Source of the DNA: a virus
IMG/VR virus record: IMGVR_UViG_3300031910_000005
Coordinates: 211 to 64,210 of that record
Direction: 5' to 3' (one strand)
DNA: 64,000 nt
Shown piece by piece: positions 26,809 to 36,552 of the stretch. The notes below the pieces were generated by a model, which had not been told where the DNA came from, made no database searches, and saw only the letters and a list, made by a program, of their open reading frames with translations. The translations under genes were made by a program, and so were the position numbers. Position 1 is the stretch's first letter. Each line of letters starts with the position of its first letter.

Positions 26809-27465
26809 CTACCGCCCCTTCTTCTTGCCGCCCTTGCCAACGTACTCTTTCTTGCCTGTGCGGGAGACGACGAACTCGCCGCCCTTCTTCCCACGCTGCA
26901 CTATGCCCGGGGCTTTGTGTTCGTGTGGCGCGTTGAGCATCGCTATGTTGTGTGCACTGGCTTGATCCATGTGGCGGCGAGCAAGGTCTTTGTTGCCTGC
27001 ACGTCGTGCCAACTGAGCCGCATGCGAGTGCGCGTCCGCTGCCGTCCCGTGCGCTTCGACCGTGTCGTGCCGTGCAGCGTGATTCGTTGCCGCTGCCGCA
27101 CGCTGTGTCGCTTCACGCGATGCTGCAACGTGCGGAGGCACGGCCGCACCTGTCGGCGTGCGCACAGATGCTTCCGCTGTACCGTGGACATGCTCCCACT
27201 TACCAGGTCCAGGGTGTGTGAACGCCGTTTGTGCTTCGTTCCACGGTGACGGTGTTCCACTGGAATGGAACTGGTGTACCTCTTTCATCGCCTCCGCGAC
27301 GTTCGGATGGAACGTGGTCTGACGACCGCTCGTCATCTGCACACCACCGTGCGGATGCGGCGCGATCTCGTATCGTACGGGACGCTCGCCGCGTTCGGTG
27401 ACGGTCACGGTACGACGACCAGGACCGTGGTCGGTATGCTCGATCTGCGCACTAGGGTATGCCAC
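26809..27465 (-). CDS. Basic His/Ala-rich protein with C-terminal PBCV basic adaptor-like motif
   Basis: ends QRGKKGGEFVVSRTGKKEYVG. Confidence 0.7.
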   Translation of the reverse strand: MAYPSAQIEHTDHGPGRRTVTVTERGERPVRYEIAPHPHGGVQMTSGRQTTFHPNVAEAMKEVHQFHSSGTPSPWNEAQTAFTHPGPGKWEHVHGTAEASVRTPTGAAVPPHVAASREATQRAAAATNHAARHDTVEAHGTAADAHSHAAQLARRAGNKDLARRHMDQASAHNIAMLNAPHEHKAPGIVQRGKKGGEFVVSRTGKKEYVGKGGKKKGR

Positions 27466-27468
27466 GAC

Positions 27469-28011
27469 TCAGTTCTCCTTCATGTTCGAGACCGCGGTCT
27501 CGACGAGCTCCTGCGTTACACGGTCGGCGGCCGTCGGTCCACTGTAGCCACTGACGATCGGATCGGCGCCCGGACCGCGGTCGATCTCGACGACGGCGTA
27601 GCTCGGGCCGTGCGCAGCCGCACGCTCTGCCGCTGCCGCGCAATGCTTGCAGGCGTAGACGGTCGCGATGCGAACGTACGGCACCGGGCGCCCGTCCGAG
27701 CCCTTGAACGAGACGAGCATGCGAGCGACTGCGTCCGGGTCGATCTCGCAGAGCAGGCCGAACCCGTTCGGGTCACGCGCCTTCAAGTCCTTCACCGACA
27801 TGAACGTGCGGATGACGATGCTACCGATGCCGAGCTTGCCGATGCAGCCCGCTTCGATGCCGGCGCACTTCTGCCCCTTGAAGACGTGCGCGGCGTGCGC
27901 CTCTTCGGCCGTGAACTTCCCACCGAAGAGCTTCTCACGGTGGATGATCTCGCCGCCTTTCGTTGCGCGGCGTGCTTCCCGATTCGGACCCTTGTTGTGC
28001 ATGCTGCTCAT
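27469..28011 (-). CDS. Hypothetical protein with Cys motifs
   Basis: 180 aa from MSSMHNK; CAGIEAGC and CKHC. Confidence 0.65.
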   Translation of the reverse strand: MSSMHNKGPNREARRATKGGEIIHREKLFGGKFTAEEAHAAHVFKGQKCAGIEAGCIGKLGIGSIVIRTFMSVKDLKARDPNGFGLLCEIDPDAVARMLVSFKGSDGRPVPYVRIATVYACKHCAAAAERAAAHGPSYAVVEIDRGPGADPIVSGYSGPTAADRVTQELVETAVSNMKEN

Positions 28012-28475
28012 GAGCGTACGGTAGCGCGGCGTCGCACCGCCGTCACCGGCTCTCCGTACGTCGCGGCGATCATCGCCCATCCCGCAGCCGCGGACCCGGT
28101 CGCACGCGGGTTCATGCTGCGGTCGTCGATGTAGAGATCCGCGATCGGCTTGCCCTGCTCCCCGTCGTCGATGGCGTCGAACACACCGGGGAGCTCACGC
28201 GCGATGAAGTTCACCATCTGCATGTGCAGGTGGTTGTGGAACTGCATCGAGCGCTGCCGGGACTCTTCGTCCTTCGGTGCCGAACGGACGCCGGCGCGGA
28301 CGAGCGGATCGAGCTCCGGGTTGAACCGCTGGGCGCGGTTGCTGCGAGCGGAGCAGAGCAGGAGCGTATGTCCCGCCCGCTTGAGCGTGAGCAGCGCGTG
28401 CTTCGCCCCCGGCAGGAGCCGAAGCGGCGCATCGCGAGCTACGACCGTTCCATCGAAATCGACAACAATGACCAC
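28008..28475 (-). CDS. HAD-superfamily hydrolase
   Basis: VIVVDFDGTVV motif I and DLYIDDR motif IV. Confidence 0.8.
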   Translation of the reverse strand: MVIVVDFDGTVVARDAPLRLLPGAKHALLTLKRAGHTLLLCSARSNRAQRFNPELDPLVRAGVRSAPKDEESRQRSMQFHNHLHMQMVNFIARELPGVFDAIDDGEQGKPIADLYIDDRSMNPRATGSAAAGWAMIAATYGEPVTAVRRRATVRS

Positions 28476-28491
28476 GCGCGCACTGTACCCC

Positions 28492-28627
28492 TAGCCGCCC
28501 CCGCAGTGCACGCCCCCTGCGCGCATGCTGCTACGTGCTGCGCACGCTGCAACCGCCCCCTGCGTAAGCGGCTAGACCCCTGCCCGCCCCCGTAGCACGT
28601 GCTGAGGGGCGCTGCAGGGGGCGGCTA
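28492..28627. repeat. G/C-tract inverted-repeat region A
   Basis: TAGCCGCCCCC(T)GCAG inverted arms at 28492-28506 and 28612-28627, third GCGGCTA copy, palindrome AGCACGTGCT. Confidence 0.6.
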
Positions 28628-28681
28628 ACTTGTGGCTTGCTGTTGGGTGGGGGCGTGCGCGCAGGGGCGCTGCGGGGGCTA

Positions 28682-29056
28682 TTAGGGGCGGGGGAGCTTG
28701 CTGGGGGCAGGGGTAGCGGCGCTGAACCCTGCTGCGATCGAGTTGCCGAGGAGAATCGGGTTCTTGTTGCGTGCGTCATCGACGTCGAGACGCCGAAGTG
28801 CGAGTGCCCCCATCGCTGATTCGCGTGTGACACCGTCGCAGAGTCGCCCTTCGAGCACCGTTCCGTCGGTGCGGAGCTCTGCCATTCCCATCTGCGCGAG
28901 TGTTTCCATTCCCCACATCACGCCGAGGCGCAGGTCGTGCGCGGAGACCGTGTCCCATTCGCGCATGCGCTTCGAGCTCATGTCGAACGCGCGACGCTTC
29001 GCTTCCTGCTCACGCTTCTGGTGGAACCGGGTTTGGTGATCGAACTTCTTCGGCAT
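28682..29056 (-). CDS. Hypothetical protein
   Basis: 124 aa ORF in operon. Confidence 0.55.
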   Translation of the reverse strand: MPKKFDHQTRFHQKREQEAKRRAFDMSSKRMREWDTVSAHDLRLGVMWGMETLAQMGMAELRTDGTVLEGRLCDGVTRESAMGALALRRLDVDDARNKNPILLGNSIAAGFSAATPAPSKLPRP

Positions 29057-29294
29057 TGTCGACGCCTACCTTTTTGAAGAACTCGAGGAACACGGACTGT
29101 CGAAACACGCTCTCTTCGACCATCTTCTCCGTCACCGTTTTCAGCGCGTCGTTGAGCTTCTTCATCGAAACGGCGAGCGACTCGCGCGTCATCACGCGCA
29201 GGGGCTGGTCCATGAGCATGCGGAGCGCACTTTCGCGGTACTCGGCACGGTTGCGTGCTGCACGACGGCGAGCACGGCGCTTGCGCTTGCTCAT
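29010..29294 (-). CDS. Hypothetical basic coiled-coil protein
   Basis: 94 aa from MSKRKRRARR; ATGA overlap. Confidence 0.55.
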   Translation of the reverse strand: MSKRKRRARRRAARNRAEYRESALRMLMDQPLRVMTRESLAVSMKKLNDALKTVTEKMVEESVFRQSVFLEFFKKVGVDNAEEVRSPNPVPPEA

Positions 29295-29755
29295 CGCTTC
29301 TTGCCACGTCCCTTCTTCGGGGCCGGTGCAGGCGGGAGCTTCGCCTCTGCCTTGCACGCTGCGGGATCGAGCACCCGGAAGCGCTTCGTGGGGCTGCCCT
29401 GTTCCATCGCTGCGTCCAGCAGCCCGCGCTTCACCCACTCGAGGACCTTCGGGTAGTCGACGCCGTACCAGCCCATCACCACGCCGCCCGTGACCCAGCC
29501 CTCGGCAGGGTTGAGGCGCGCGATGATGCGGTAGACCACCTTGTCCGCGGGGCAGTGGAACGGCTGCCCCGGCAGGAACGGAGAGCGGCGACGCACCGGA
29601 GTGGCCACCGGTTCCGGCTCCTTGTTCTGCTGCTCGATGATCTCTTCGATCTCAGCCTTGCGGCTCTTCGCGAAGCGACGCTGGAGCTTCTGGTCGCGCA
29701 GGTAGTCCGCGGTCGCGAACACCGTGCGCCCGTTCACAATCAATCGCGTGCTCAT
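29291..29755 (-). CDS. Putative DNA-binding protein (winged HTH-like)
   Basis: 154 aa from MSTRLIVNG; YGVDYPKVLEWVKRGLL. Confidence 0.55.
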   Translation of the reverse strand: MSTRLIVNGRTVFATADYLRDQKLQRRFAKSRKAEIEEIIEQQNKEPEPVATPVRRRSPFLPGQPFHCPADKVVYRIIARLNPAEGWVTGGVVMGWYGVDYPKVLEWVKRGLLDAAMEQGSPTKRFRVLDPAACKAEAKLPPAPAPKKGRGKKR

Positions 29756-29913
29756 CGTTGCGCTCCTGGCGTGCGGTAGGGACCTGCGTTGATCGGTGGC
29801 ACATCGGGTTCGTACACGAGCGGATGGAGTGGATCGACCTTCAGCTCCCCGCAGTGCACGCAGACGCAGAAGCCGTGGCCTCCGCTGCACCATCCGTTCA
29901 CGCAGCAGATCAT
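29752..29913 (-). CDS. Small Cys-rich protein
   Basis: 53 aa MICCVNGWCSGGHGFCVCVHCG. Confidence 0.4.
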   Translation of the reverse strand: MICCVNGWCSGGHGFCVCVHCGELKVDPLHPLVYEPDVPPINAGPYRTPGAQR

Positions 29914-30092
29914 CGTGCGCACCGCCACAACGGTCTTCCACCGATGCAGTCCGCACATGCACAAGCCCACGCCCAGACGTTGAGCACCGGCATCACCGCA
30001 CGCGGGATCCAGTACGAGCAAACAGGACAGCGCCAACCGCCGTCCTCACGCCGCATCGGCGTGTTGCACTTCGGACACGTCCACTTCATCAC
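29910..30092 (-). CDS. Small zinc-ribbon protein
   Basis: CPKC...CPVC. Confidence 0.5.
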   Translation of the reverse strand: MMKWTCPKCNTPMRREDGGWRCPVCSYWIPRAVMPVLNVWAWACACADCIGGRPLWRCAR

Positions 30093-30140
30093 TCACACCT
30101 CGTGCACGTAGATTGTGCACGAGGGCGACGATTCGCGCGG

Positions 30141-32069
30141 CTACTGGTTTGCGGGTGGTGCGTCGGGCGACGCGATGCCGAGCACCTTCTCGGCGCCGGT
30201 CTCGTTCGAGACCATGGTGCTCTGGGCGTAGATCGCCGCGTACTTGGCTTTCATCTGCGGCACGGTGAGGTCCCCGTCGATCGCGAGCGGCGGCAGCCCC
30301 TTCGACATGCGCATCTCGTCGATGGTGACGATGCCTGCCTCCATCTCGTACTGGAACGTCTTGAAGGAGCCTTCGCCGTCTTCGCCGCCAGCTTCGACCG
30401 GAGCGGTCGCATCGCCAGTGGTCTGAGCAGCGAACGCAGCCTCTTCGTCCGCGCGCTTCTTCGCGATCGCGGCGAGCATCTCCTTCGGGTCCTCGACCTG
30501 GAAGATGGGCGCGATGTACGCGGCCGCATGCTCGTCGTCCACCAGCCCTGCGTTCATCGCATCACTCGCCGCACCCACTGCCGTGCGCGCATCGCTCACC
30601 GTGGGCGTGGTGTACCCCGGCCACTGGAACGTGATGTAGCCACCGGGGCCGAGTTCGTACTCGGTGACCTTCACCTTGCCCTTGGCGTCCTTCGCGATCT
30701 TCGGCGGCAGGATGATGGCGACGCGCTCGAGCTCACCGGTCTCCGGGTTCTGCGTCGGCGGTGCGGTGAGAAGCGCGCGTGCGGTGGCGAGGAGCTTCAT
30801 GAGCAGGCGCTTCAGCCCGCGCTCACCGTACTGCTCGCGCAGCACGTCGGCCTTCTCCCACATCGCGGAGTAGTCCTTCTCGACCTCCGTCGCGGTCTTG
30901 TTCACGGTGCTGCGGGACTGGTCGAGCACACACTGCGTCAGCCGCAGTGCCTTGTCCTCGAGTCGGTCCGCCTGGTCGATGGCGCTCTTCGGCCCCGAGC
31001 CTTGCATCTCCAGGTACTCAGCCGAGTCGCCCTTCGGCAGCCGGATGAAGGTGTCGCTGCCCTTGCGGATCTCGGCGAGCTCGTCGTCCGTGCTCATCAC
31101 GAGCGTCGGGTCGCAGTTCGCGAGGATGCCGCGGTTGGCCTGTGCGGTGAGCGCGTCGATCTGCTCGAACAGATCGTAGGCGCCGTGACAGTCCGGGTCG
31201 CCGTCGATCTCGCCTGAGACGGGGAGGTTCTGGATCCACTCCACCGGGACCGCAGGACGGCCGCGGTGATCGACGCAACGGTGCTCCTTCACGATGGGCT
31301 CGATGACTTCGCCCATCACATTCTGGGGAGCGTTCCAGTCAGGCTCTTCGCCGTTCTCTCCCGCCATCGCACCCTGCCAGAGGATGTCGTGCTCTTCGTC
31401 GATGATGCGGCGAGACCAGAGCTCGACCTCCAGCCACTCGCCGTCGAGGGCCTGGACCCAGTCCTTGTAGGACCACCGGATCTCGATGGACGCGAGCTCG
31501 TGCGTGAGGCGGTTCTTGAACACCGGCGTGCAGAAGCGCGCGTCGAAGACCTCGAACAGCGGCAGGCCATCGTGGATCTCGTACCCGACGGCGACCGAGC
31601 CCATCGCGCCGCCGAGGTCACGGCCTTCGATCATCTGCGCCCAGAGGCGTCCGGCCTCGATCGCAGCGGCGAGCCACTCCTCGCTCTGCGGGTCGCCGAG
31701 GACCTTCACTTTCGGATGCTTGCGGTGCGAGAAGAGCAGCCCGGTGAAGCGCTTCACGATCACCTTGCCGAGGTAGTACGGCGCGGACGGGCGTCGGTAC
31801 TTCAGCGAGATCGCGTCCGTGTTCCCGTACGGATCGGAGAACCCTGGCGGGATCGACCGCTCGCGCGGGATGGCGTTGGTGTCGAGCACCGGCTCCCCGT
31901 TCCAGTCGAACGCCCGGTGGTCGTAGCAACTGCCGCGGAAGTAGGCGTAGCGCCGGTTGAGCTCCATCTGCCGCGGGTTCATCCGCGATGCAGCCGCATC
32001 CGGTGCTACCGTGCCGCCGAGCTTGTACGCCGCCTGGTTCGCTTCACGAGGGTCTGCAGGGATGGGCAT
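30141..32069 (-). CDS. Portal protein
   Basis: 642 aa between terminase and head genes; IVKRFTGLLF, PVEWIQN, DLFEQIDAL motifs. Confidence 0.85.
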   Translation of the reverse strand: MPIPADPREANQAAYKLGGTVAPDAAASRMNPRQMELNRRYAYFRGSCYDHRAFDWNGEPVLDTNAIPRERSIPPGFSDPYGNTDAISLKYRRPSAPYYLGKVIVKRFTGLLFSHRKHPKVKVLGDPQSEEWLAAAIEAGRLWAQMIEGRDLGGAMGSVAVGYEIHDGLPLFEVFDARFCTPVFKNRLTHELASIEIRWSYKDWVQALDGEWLEVELWSRRIIDEEHDILWQGAMAGENGEEPDWNAPQNVMGEVIEPIVKEHRCVDHRGRPAVPVEWIQNLPVSGEIDGDPDCHGAYDLFEQIDALTAQANRGILANCDPTLVMSTDDELAEIRKGSDTFIRLPKGDSAEYLEMQGSGPKSAIDQADRLEDKALRLTQCVLDQSRSTVNKTATEVEKDYSAMWEKADVLREQYGERGLKRLLMKLLATARALLTAPPTQNPETGELERVAIILPPKIAKDAKGKVKVTEYELGPGGYITFQWPGYTTPTVSDARTAVGAASDAMNAGLVDDEHAAAYIAPIFQVEDPKEMLAAIAKKRADEEAAFAAQTTGDATAPVEAGGEDGEGSFKTFQYEMEAGIVTIDEMRMSKGLPPLAIDGDLTVPQMKAKYAAIYAQSTMVSNETGAEKVLGIASPDAPPANQ

Positions 32070-32123
32070 GGTAGTGCGTCGAAGCTATCGCAACGAACGC
32101 ACAGACGCCACGACCGACCACCG

Positions 32124-32576
32124 TCACGCTACGGCGAGGCCGTACCTGTGACCGAGATAGGCGAAGACACGCGCTCGGGTCGCCGCGTCGTGTGCGCCCT
32201 GGAAGAACAGCAGCTCGGACATGAAGCCAACGAGGGCCTGCCCAGCCGAGCAGCCCCGCTCCGATCTCGAGATCGATGAGCTGCCCCTGCCTGACGTCTC
32301 CAAGCGAGTATGCGGTCTGCGAATCATCGACGTATGTGTGCGACGCGACTCCGACCGCCGTGCTGGTGAACGTCACTGCGAACACGTGTCCCTTGTTCAG
32401 CAGGTCCGTGCGTTGCGGTCCGTCCACGATGTTGCCAGCGGCTGAACGCCGTTCGTCCCGCCGACAATGTTCTGTGCGTCGGAGCGATACCACGCGAACA
32501 GGTTCGGAAGGTCCGAGGGTAGCCACGTGTCCGGGAGCCGCAGACCGTGCGGCCCCCTCTGTGCGAACCGCGGCAT
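32124..32576 (-). pseudogene. Fragmented LamG-like virion protein gene (two compensating frame breaks)
   Basis: N-term WLPSDLPNLFAWYRSD, middle HVFAVTFTS..TYVDD in another frame, C-term GFMSELLFFQGAHDAATRARVFAYLGHRYG back in the first frame. Confidence 0.55.
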
Positions 32577-32860
32577 CAGTACGCCTCGGCCATCACCTGG
32601 ACGTTGGTCGGCGCTGCGCCGGCGGCCCCGCGCTTCAGCCAGACCTTCGTCACGCGCTGGTTGAACACGAGTCGCTGATCGGGCGTCCCTGGCACCATGT
32701 GCGCTGCGTCGGTCGAGCCATCGAACGACACCCATGCGTCGTCCGTGCTGTCCTCACAGACCACAGTGATCGTCTTCGGGATGAACGGGATCGTGACCTG
32801 CGGACTCGCCGGGTACGCTGCGGTGCCCGACACATCGACGGTCTGTGTGAAGGTGGCCAT
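32576..32860 (-). CDS. Small beta-rich structural-like protein
   Basis: 94 aa, AWVSFDGS motif. Confidence 0.6.
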   Translation of the reverse strand: MATFTQTVDVSGTAAYPASPQVTIPFIPKTITVVCEDSTDDAWVSFDGSTDAAHMVPGTPDQRLVFNQRVTKVWLKRGAAGAAPTNVQVMAEAY

Positions 32861-32876
32861 GCCTGCGACGGTAGCA
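32861..32876 (-). promoter_or_regulatory. Extended -10 promoter giving leaderless mRNA
   Basis: TGc-TACCGT exactly 7 nt before ATG 32860; no SD. Confidence 0.4.
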
Positions 32877-32900
32877 GGCCAGAAGAGGGCAGGGAAGGGA

Positions 32901-33020
32901 TCAGGCGTTGAGGAGGAACGCGACGGTTACGGTGCCGAAGCGCTGCGCATCGTGCTGGGATGGAGCCGCACACGCCATGAGCAGAAGCGCGGAGGCGAGC
33001 AGCGAGAGAAGGTTCGTCAC
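32901..33020 (-). CDS. Very short lipoprotein-like peptide
   Basis: 39 aa MTNLLSLLASALLLMA-C lipobox. Confidence 0.4.
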   Translation of the reverse strand: MTNLLSLLASALLLMACAAPSQHDAQRFGTVTVAFLLNA

Positions 33021-33029
33021 GGGGTCACC

Positions 33030-34499
33030 TCACAAGAACGGGAGCTGTGCGCGGTACTTCGGAGCCGCGAGCGGCTGCCCGGCCGACGCGTTCCAATGCA
33101 CCACAGCGCGATTCGGCGAGACCCCATCGACGACGCGGTACGCGTCACCAGTGAGCGGTGGGATAGCACCCAGCGCGGTCGATCCGACGTCCGCGACACG
33201 GATCCCCAGCGACGCCGCGTTCGCTGCAAGCAGCGCGTTGAACGTCGCTTCATCCGGCCCGTAGTTCGCGTAGATCGCGTTCGTGCCCTCTCCGGAGCGG
33301 CCCGTGCAGTTGCCCGCGACGATGACGCACGCCGGATCGACCGCTTGGATCGACTGCACGTACGTCGTCAGATCCGCGAGTACCGTGCTCGGGTTCTGTC
33401 GCTGCTGAAGCGTGTTCACGATCGCCTGCACGCAGATCACCTGCTGCGATCCACACTTCGCGCTGTTGATGAGCATGATCCGTTCGCGGCCAGCGAAGTT
33501 CGGGTTCATGTCTGCGTTGAGCGACTGCCCGCTGATCGCGCCGTTGAAGGAGATCACTGGCGTCGTGATCGTCGAGAGAATCACTGCCAGGAAGTCCGTG
33601 GCGTCGTAGCCCGCCATCTGCGAATCGCCGGTGCCCCACACATACGGCGTGCCCGACGTGGTGAGCGGCGTGCGCAATGGGTTGTGAAGGTATGCAGCGA
33701 GCTTGTCGTGCTCGGCATCGGCGAGCGGGGCGGTGTAGAGCGCGAACTCCGAGACGTGCCCGAAATACGTATCCGCGATCGAGCCGTCGCAACCGATCGT
33801 CTGGAACGTATTGTTCAGGGGCATCCCACCTGTGATCGTTCCAGTCGTCACAGTAGTCGTGCCGTCCATCTGCACGACGGTCATGCGTGTCGCACCCGTC
33901 GACGCGATATGTGTCACGACCACCACGTACTCGCTGAGCGCAACAGGGGTGACGCTGCTTGCGAGCGTGTGCCCAGCACCGTCAGTGAGCTTGATACCTG
34001 CGCCGCTTGCATGTCCCGCGGTTCGCACCGAGATGCCCGCAGCTGCCGGGTTGTTCAGGCCGACAACGGTGCCGCCGTAGAACGAGCCCGAGGCGATCGG
34101 AATACACCGCACGGCGATCGTCCATCCGCTCGGTGCGTTGATTGACGTCGCGGCGCGGGGCGAGCCGTTCGAGAACCCAAAGACCTGCGAGCCTGCGAAC
34201 AGCAATGCGGGACGCCCGACGCCGGAAGCAGGGGCACCGACCCAGTTCGGCATGCCTGCGGGGTTGCCGTCTGCCCGCCAGACTCCGTTCGAACCGCCAG
34301 CGCGATTCGTGATGATTGATACGGGCGTGCCTGACAGCGACTTCGCTGCGCCGAGAGTCATCTCAGGGCCAAAGATAGAGGGCTGGATCCATGTCCAAAG
34401 TGGTGCCGATGTCGCTTGCGCAGGACTCCATGCTTGCGCCGAGCGCCGCGCCCCCCTCGCCGCCGCCGCGAGTAGCGCGCTACTCACGTCATCCTCCAA
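33030..34499 (-). CDS. LamG/concanavalin-like plus SGNH hydrolase protein
   Basis: VSEFALYTAPLADAEHDKLAAYL (LamG end), GTGDSQMAG (block I), late DG...VHWN. Confidence 0.75.
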   Translation of the reverse strand: MEDDVSSALLAAAARGARRSAQAWSPAQATSAPLWTWIQPSIFGPEMTLGAAKSLSGTPVSIITNRAGGSNGVWRADGNPAGMPNWVGAPASGVGRPALLFAGSQVFGFSNGSPRAATSINAPSGWTIAVRCIPIASGSFYGGTVVGLNNPAAAGISVRTAGHASGAGIKLTDGAGHTLASSVTPVALSEYVVVVTHIASTGATRMTVVQMDGTTTVTTGTITGGMPLNNTFQTIGCDGSIADTYFGHVSEFALYTAPLADAEHDKLAAYLHNPLRTPLTTSGTPYVWGTGDSQMAGYDATDFLAVILSTITTPVISFNGAISGQSLNADMNPNFAGRERIMLINSAKCGSQQVICVQAIVNTLQQRQNPSTVLADLTTYVQSIQAVDPACVIVAGNCTGRSGEGTNAIYANYGPDEATFNALLAANAASLGIRVADVGSTALGAIPPLTGDAYRVVDGVSPNRAVVHWNASAGQPLAAPKYRAQLPFL

Positions 34500-35008
34500 C
34501 CGGTCCCATTCCAGTATGCGGCGAAGGTGCCATCGTTCGTGTTGATCTGCTGCGACACTGCTCCGTTGATGAGTACACCGTTCGCACCCTGCACCGTGAT
34601 CGGATTGACCGCTGCGTTGTTCGACTCGTCCGCCACGATGATGACGACGCCCTCCTGCGGGCTCGCAGGGAGCGTGACTGTGCGCGGTGCGCTCGTGTCG
34701 GTGACGCCGACGATCGAGTCACCGGCCTGCATCGCGTAGCTGACTGCGGTCGCGACGTAACGCGATGGCACCTGCGCGATGGTTCCGTCGGCGTTGAGGT
34801 AGCCCTGGTACGCGCTATCCGCTGGGCCGGGATACGTCCCCGTCGGGAGATCCGAGAACCGCAGCTCGCGCGGAGGAGTGACGGTCGCCAGCAACACCGC
34901 AACCGACACTCCGACCACGACGCTCATTCCCGGAGCGAGGATGCCCTGCAGTGGAAACGGCAACGTGATGGACGCATCCGACGTGTTCGTGATCTTCGTG
35001 AACGCCAT
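34484..35008 (-). CDS. Fibre-like structural protein
   Basis: DTSAPRTVTLPASPQEGVVIIVADE...NPITV repeat typical of phage fibre proteins. Confidence 0.6.
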   Translation of the reverse strand: MAFTKITNTSDASITLPFPLQGILAPGMSVVVGVSVAVLLATVTPPRELRFSDLPTGTYPGPADSAYQGYLNADGTIAQVPSRYVATAVSYAMQAGDSIVGVTDTSAPRTVTLPASPQEGVVIIVADESNNAAVNPITVQGANGVLINGAVSQQINTNDGTFAAYWNGTGWRMT

Positions 35009-35046
35009 GCCCGGACGTTACGTCACCGGGACCAGGGTGTCCACGC

Positions 35047-36552
35047 TCAGCGGCGCAGGGTCGTCTTGGTCCCCGACTTCACGCGCCCGACGCGGTGGCA
35101 GGCAGCCTCGCGCGCGATCCAGCACGCCATCAGCTCGTCTGCCGTGTGCGCCCCGGGGTTGTAGTAGAGCATGCCGCGGATCCAGCTCTCGACTTCGCGC
35201 GTGTGGGGCCGGCCCCCTGCGCTAGGGATGATCCACTGGCCGCGCTCCATCTCTACGGCGATGGACTCGACACCGAACTGCGGGTCCATCTTGTTCGCTC
35301 CGGTGCGGAAGTTCTTCACGGGTGCAGCGCCCCCTGTGAACTGGGTGATGAACTTCTGCGTGGCGTTCGACTCCACGGCGACGATGGAGAAGTAGCGCTC
35401 GTGGGTGTCGATGATGCGCTTCACGAGCTCCGGCCCCGACCACTTCCCGGTCTCGACGCAGAGCACTTCGCGATCGCCGCTCGGGTGCAGGCAGATGGTG
35501 AACAGGCACGAGTAGTCGTTGCCCTCGCCAGTCGAGACGTCGACTCCGGTGTACGTCCGATACCCAAGGGGCAGGGCTCGGAGCATCGGCGTCATGCGGC
35601 GCCCTTCTCCGCGGTGAAGGCACTGGTCGATCCACGACCGCTTGAAGCGGGCCTCGGCGTCGTCTCGCGCCTCGCAGTAGAGCTGGCGCGCTGCCTCAGC
35701 GCTGCCCCACTCCCGCTCCCACGCATCAATGCGCGCCCTGCTCCAGCGCTGCGGCCAGCGTAGCGCCCCTGTGCTGCGGTCCATCACGGGGAAGCGGAAC
35801 GCGCGCCACGCAGGGTTGCGCGCCATGTGGTGCAGGAAGTCGTCCGGGTGCCATGCGTTCCCGATGATGATGACGCGCGAGTGCTCCGTGAGGCGACCGC
35901 CGATCGTCGCACCGAACCACTCGATCACCTGACGCCGGCGCTCGTCGGTGCGCGTGTTCTCCCAGTCGAGGATGTCGTCGAGGATCGCGATGTCGAGACG
36001 CGAACCTTGGATGGTCGTGCCGACGCCGACCGCCTGCACGCTGAAGTCCTTCGCGAAGCCCCTGCGTGCTGCAACGGTGAACGCGGTGTCGGTCCACTTC
36101 TTCCCCGGCCGCAGGTCAGGGAAGACTTCGTGCAGCGCCTCAGAGCTCTCGATGTAGCGCTGCATCGCGCCCACGATCTTCTCCGCGTTGCGCGTGCTGC
36201 GGCACACGATGGCGATGCGCAGGTCCGGGTTGCGCCCGAGCATCCACAGCGTGCGAAGGATCGCGATCTGGTTCGTCTTGCCGGACTCGACGTGCCCCCA
36301 GATGATGAGTCGCCTGTGCTCCTCCGCGAGTCGCTGGAAGGAGAGGTGCACAGGGGCCTGCGTGATCCGCTTCCCTGTCTGCTCGTCGCGACCGACGTAC
36401 TCGATGAACTCGTTCACGTCCTCGCGCGCCACGTGCAGCCGGAGCTGGTGATGGCGCTCGACCATGACCTGCGCCTGTGCGGGATGGCGTGCGAGCCACT
36501 CCGCGAGCACGTCAGGGTTCGAGATGACGTTGTCGGGTACGAGGTCGATCAC
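35047..36552 (-). CDS. terL: Terminase large subunit
   Basis: 501 aa from GTG; Walker A GHVESGKT, Walker B IAILDDILD, nuclease YTGVDVSTG..DYS, HTADELMA. Confidence 0.92.
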   Translation of the reverse strand: MIDLVPDNVISNPDVLAEWLARHPAQAQVMVERHHQLRLHVAREDVNEFIEYVGRDEQTGKRITQAPVHLSFQRLAEEHRRLIIWGHVESGKTNQIAILRTLWMLGRNPDLRIAIVCRSTRNAEKIVGAMQRYIESSEALHEVFPDLRPGKKWTDTAFTVAARRGFAKDFSVQAVGVGTTIQGSRLDIAILDDILDWENTRTDERRRQVIEWFGATIGGRLTEHSRVIIIGNAWHPDDFLHHMARNPAWRAFRFPVMDRSTGALRWPQRWSRARIDAWEREWGSAEAARQLYCEARDDAEARFKRSWIDQCLHRGEGRRMTPMLRALPLGYRTYTGVDVSTGEGNDYSCLFTICLHPSGDREVLCVETGKWSGPELVKRIIDTHERYFSIVAVESNATQKFITQFTGGAAPVKNFRTGANKMDPQFGVESIAVEMERGQWIIPSAGGRPHTREVESWIRGMLYYNPGAHTADELMACWIAREAACHRVGRVKSGTKTTLRR

